Below are positions 61,948 through 64,000 of a stretch of 64,000 nucleotides of DNA, piece by piece. Under the pieces are notes generated by a model. The model was not told the DNA's origin. It ran no database searches and saw nothing but the letters and a program-made list of their open reading frames with translations. The stretch is taken from positions 148,180,001-148,244,000 of the forward strand of contig NC_042997.1 of the NCBI RefSeq assembly GCF_006345805.1, read 5' to 3'. Numbering within the stretch: the stretch's first letter is position 1; every line of letters starts with the position of its first letter. Made by a program: the position numbers and the translations under genes. Source of the stretch: Octopus sinensis. Taxonomy: Eukaryota.

Positions 61948-63292
61948 ACACACGCAGTGTCATAAATATTTTCTATAATTGCCAAAGTTCCCCATTTGCT
62001 TTCCATTAACTTCTAAACTACTGCACCCACAATAGCACGTTGCATTGGAAGGTAGTAACCTAATGTATTTGGCAGCTACTGATCACATAGTACTGTTTTC
62101 AACAGAAATATGTCCTCGGAGCATCTTGCGGTTACAACCATCACAAAAAAAGCTATATGTGTATATGTATGTATATATGCATTATATATTAATGCTCATT
62201 TTTATATGAATTTCAATATAAAGATAGTTGAAAATTCAACTAAAAATTCATTCAGTACTTTGTAATATTTTATGCAATTATTGATTTTAATATGCTGAAT
62301 GTTTTCAGTTACGCTGAAGTTTCCACTTTCTAGCCGTCATCATATACTCTAATGATATCTACTAAACTGAATCTTCGAATTCACTATAAATCTTCGCCTC
62401 ATTCTCTCTATCGGCATCTAACTATTTATGTATATTTATGTATATGTGCATGTATGCATGCTTGTGTGCATTTTTGTGTGGTGTGTGTTCGTATGCATAT
62501 GTATATACAAATGAAGAAATATAGAGAGAGGATTGAAAGCACACATAGCCTCGGTAAATATAAAGTTTAAAACAAATACTGTAGAAAAAGAGAATGCAAT
62601 TATTATTGCGTATTTATTTCCACGATGCAAAATATATACCATCAATCATAGCAGTGGTTTAACATTTGACAAATCAATAGGCTGAGTTTGAGACAAAAGT
62701 GAGTTTGTCGTTAAGTATTTTCGAAACCATGACATATCAATAACTTCACAATTCATCTCAGTCATTTTGATTTCAAGTAGAATCATCACAGCGTGAAGAT
62801 AAACACTTTTTACGTTTAGATATCATCGGTATATTTATTTACTTCTGTCGAGCTGCGGAAACGACCCCATTATCATTTTTTGTTTTTTTACTTTCCCGAT
62901 AAACTCACTTTCAAGCAGTCGTTAATGCCCGGGAAGATAGCTTCTACAATTCTTCTAGAAAAGGAAGTTAAAGAGATCCTTTAATAACGATATTTTTTCC
63001 GACGTTGATTACCACTTATCCCTTTTTACGTATGTCCGTGCTATCTCTATACTACGTTGAAAAACTTGAAATATATTTGACCACTTACTCTTTTACTATC
63101 AATATATTTCATTCTCTTCATTTATATACGCACAAACACACGCGTGCACACATGCACACATACACACACACACAAACAAAAACACTCTCACACGCACAAA
63201 TACACAAACATATATGTACCTAAATATATATAAATATATACACTATATTATGTCTCTATATATACATGTGTATATAAAATTCAAAATACATA

Positions 63293-63361
<69 letters not shown>

Positions 63362-64000
63362 ATTCACATAGCCACGAACACGCACACACCTACACACACA
63401 AGTACACACAGACATACACATGTTTACTGAGCAATATATATTATAATGTATGCACCTCTGCTTGCATTTATATCTGCGTTTGCAACCGATATTTTTAGTC
63501 AATAGACACCTTACATTCTCAAACGTCTAAAATTTATATCTGCGCCTATGGATATGCGTCTCTCTGTCTCTATATATGTGTGTGTGTGAATGTGTATGTG
63601 TGTCTGTATGTGTATGTATACAAAAGTGCGTTGTTGTGATGGAGGTGTGTTTGCTTGTCTATTTGTGTGCATATTTCCAAACAGATTTGACAGAGTAGCT
63701 ATAGAAAACAACACTGAAGACAATAACAAAATATTTCCCCTTTCAAAATGGCTGACAACGTACGGTATAGTGTGCATTCGGATCAATATCAGATGTTTAT
63801 GGTGTGCCTGCAATTCTGTGCATGGATAAATACTTACAGAGTGAACTGTTATTATTATGATTAATGTTCTGAAACAAGCGAAGAACTTTGACATGAAATT
63901 ATCTGACCGGTAAAGAAAATGTGATAAGAATATATATAATTAAATCTTTCCTAATTTCAAGAATGAATGAACTAAGAGAGAGAATATTTTATAGACACAT

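Overview
Eukaryotic, AT-rich, microsatellite-dense DNA. The SINE and repeat landscape suggests a cephalopod (octopus-type) genome, but this is an inference. No rRNA, true tRNA, CRISPR or identifiable host gene is present; there are only two weak candidate exons. The dominant feature is a 22.5-kb head-to-tail array (8651-31219) of five copies of an L1-clade, Tx1-like non-LTR retrotransposon, all on the + strand and all embedded in (TATC)n. Lineage A has a 5'-truncated copy, a full-length copy with an intact 1145-aa APE-RT-CCHC ORF2, and an indel-riddled copy after a 100-N gap. Diverged lineage B has a short 3' fragment and a 5' 4.3-kb portion. The elements lack poly(A) and abut TATC at both ends, which points to a (TATC/GATA)n-targeted family. 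The element's last ~55 nt are homologous to the 3' tail of a tRNA-headed SINE found elsewhere in the window, and a mimic of that terminal hairpin also sits in the element's 5' UTR. The rest of the window contains an R4/Dong-type fragment in (TAA)n, many SINEs, and hAT, Tc1/mariner and RTE remnants. It also has a 2.6-kb inverted repeat carrying minimal hammerhead-ribozyme motifs and interrupted by a MITE, a 750-bp near-perfect palindrome, and a perfect 46-bp palindrome next to a second hammerhead-like motif.
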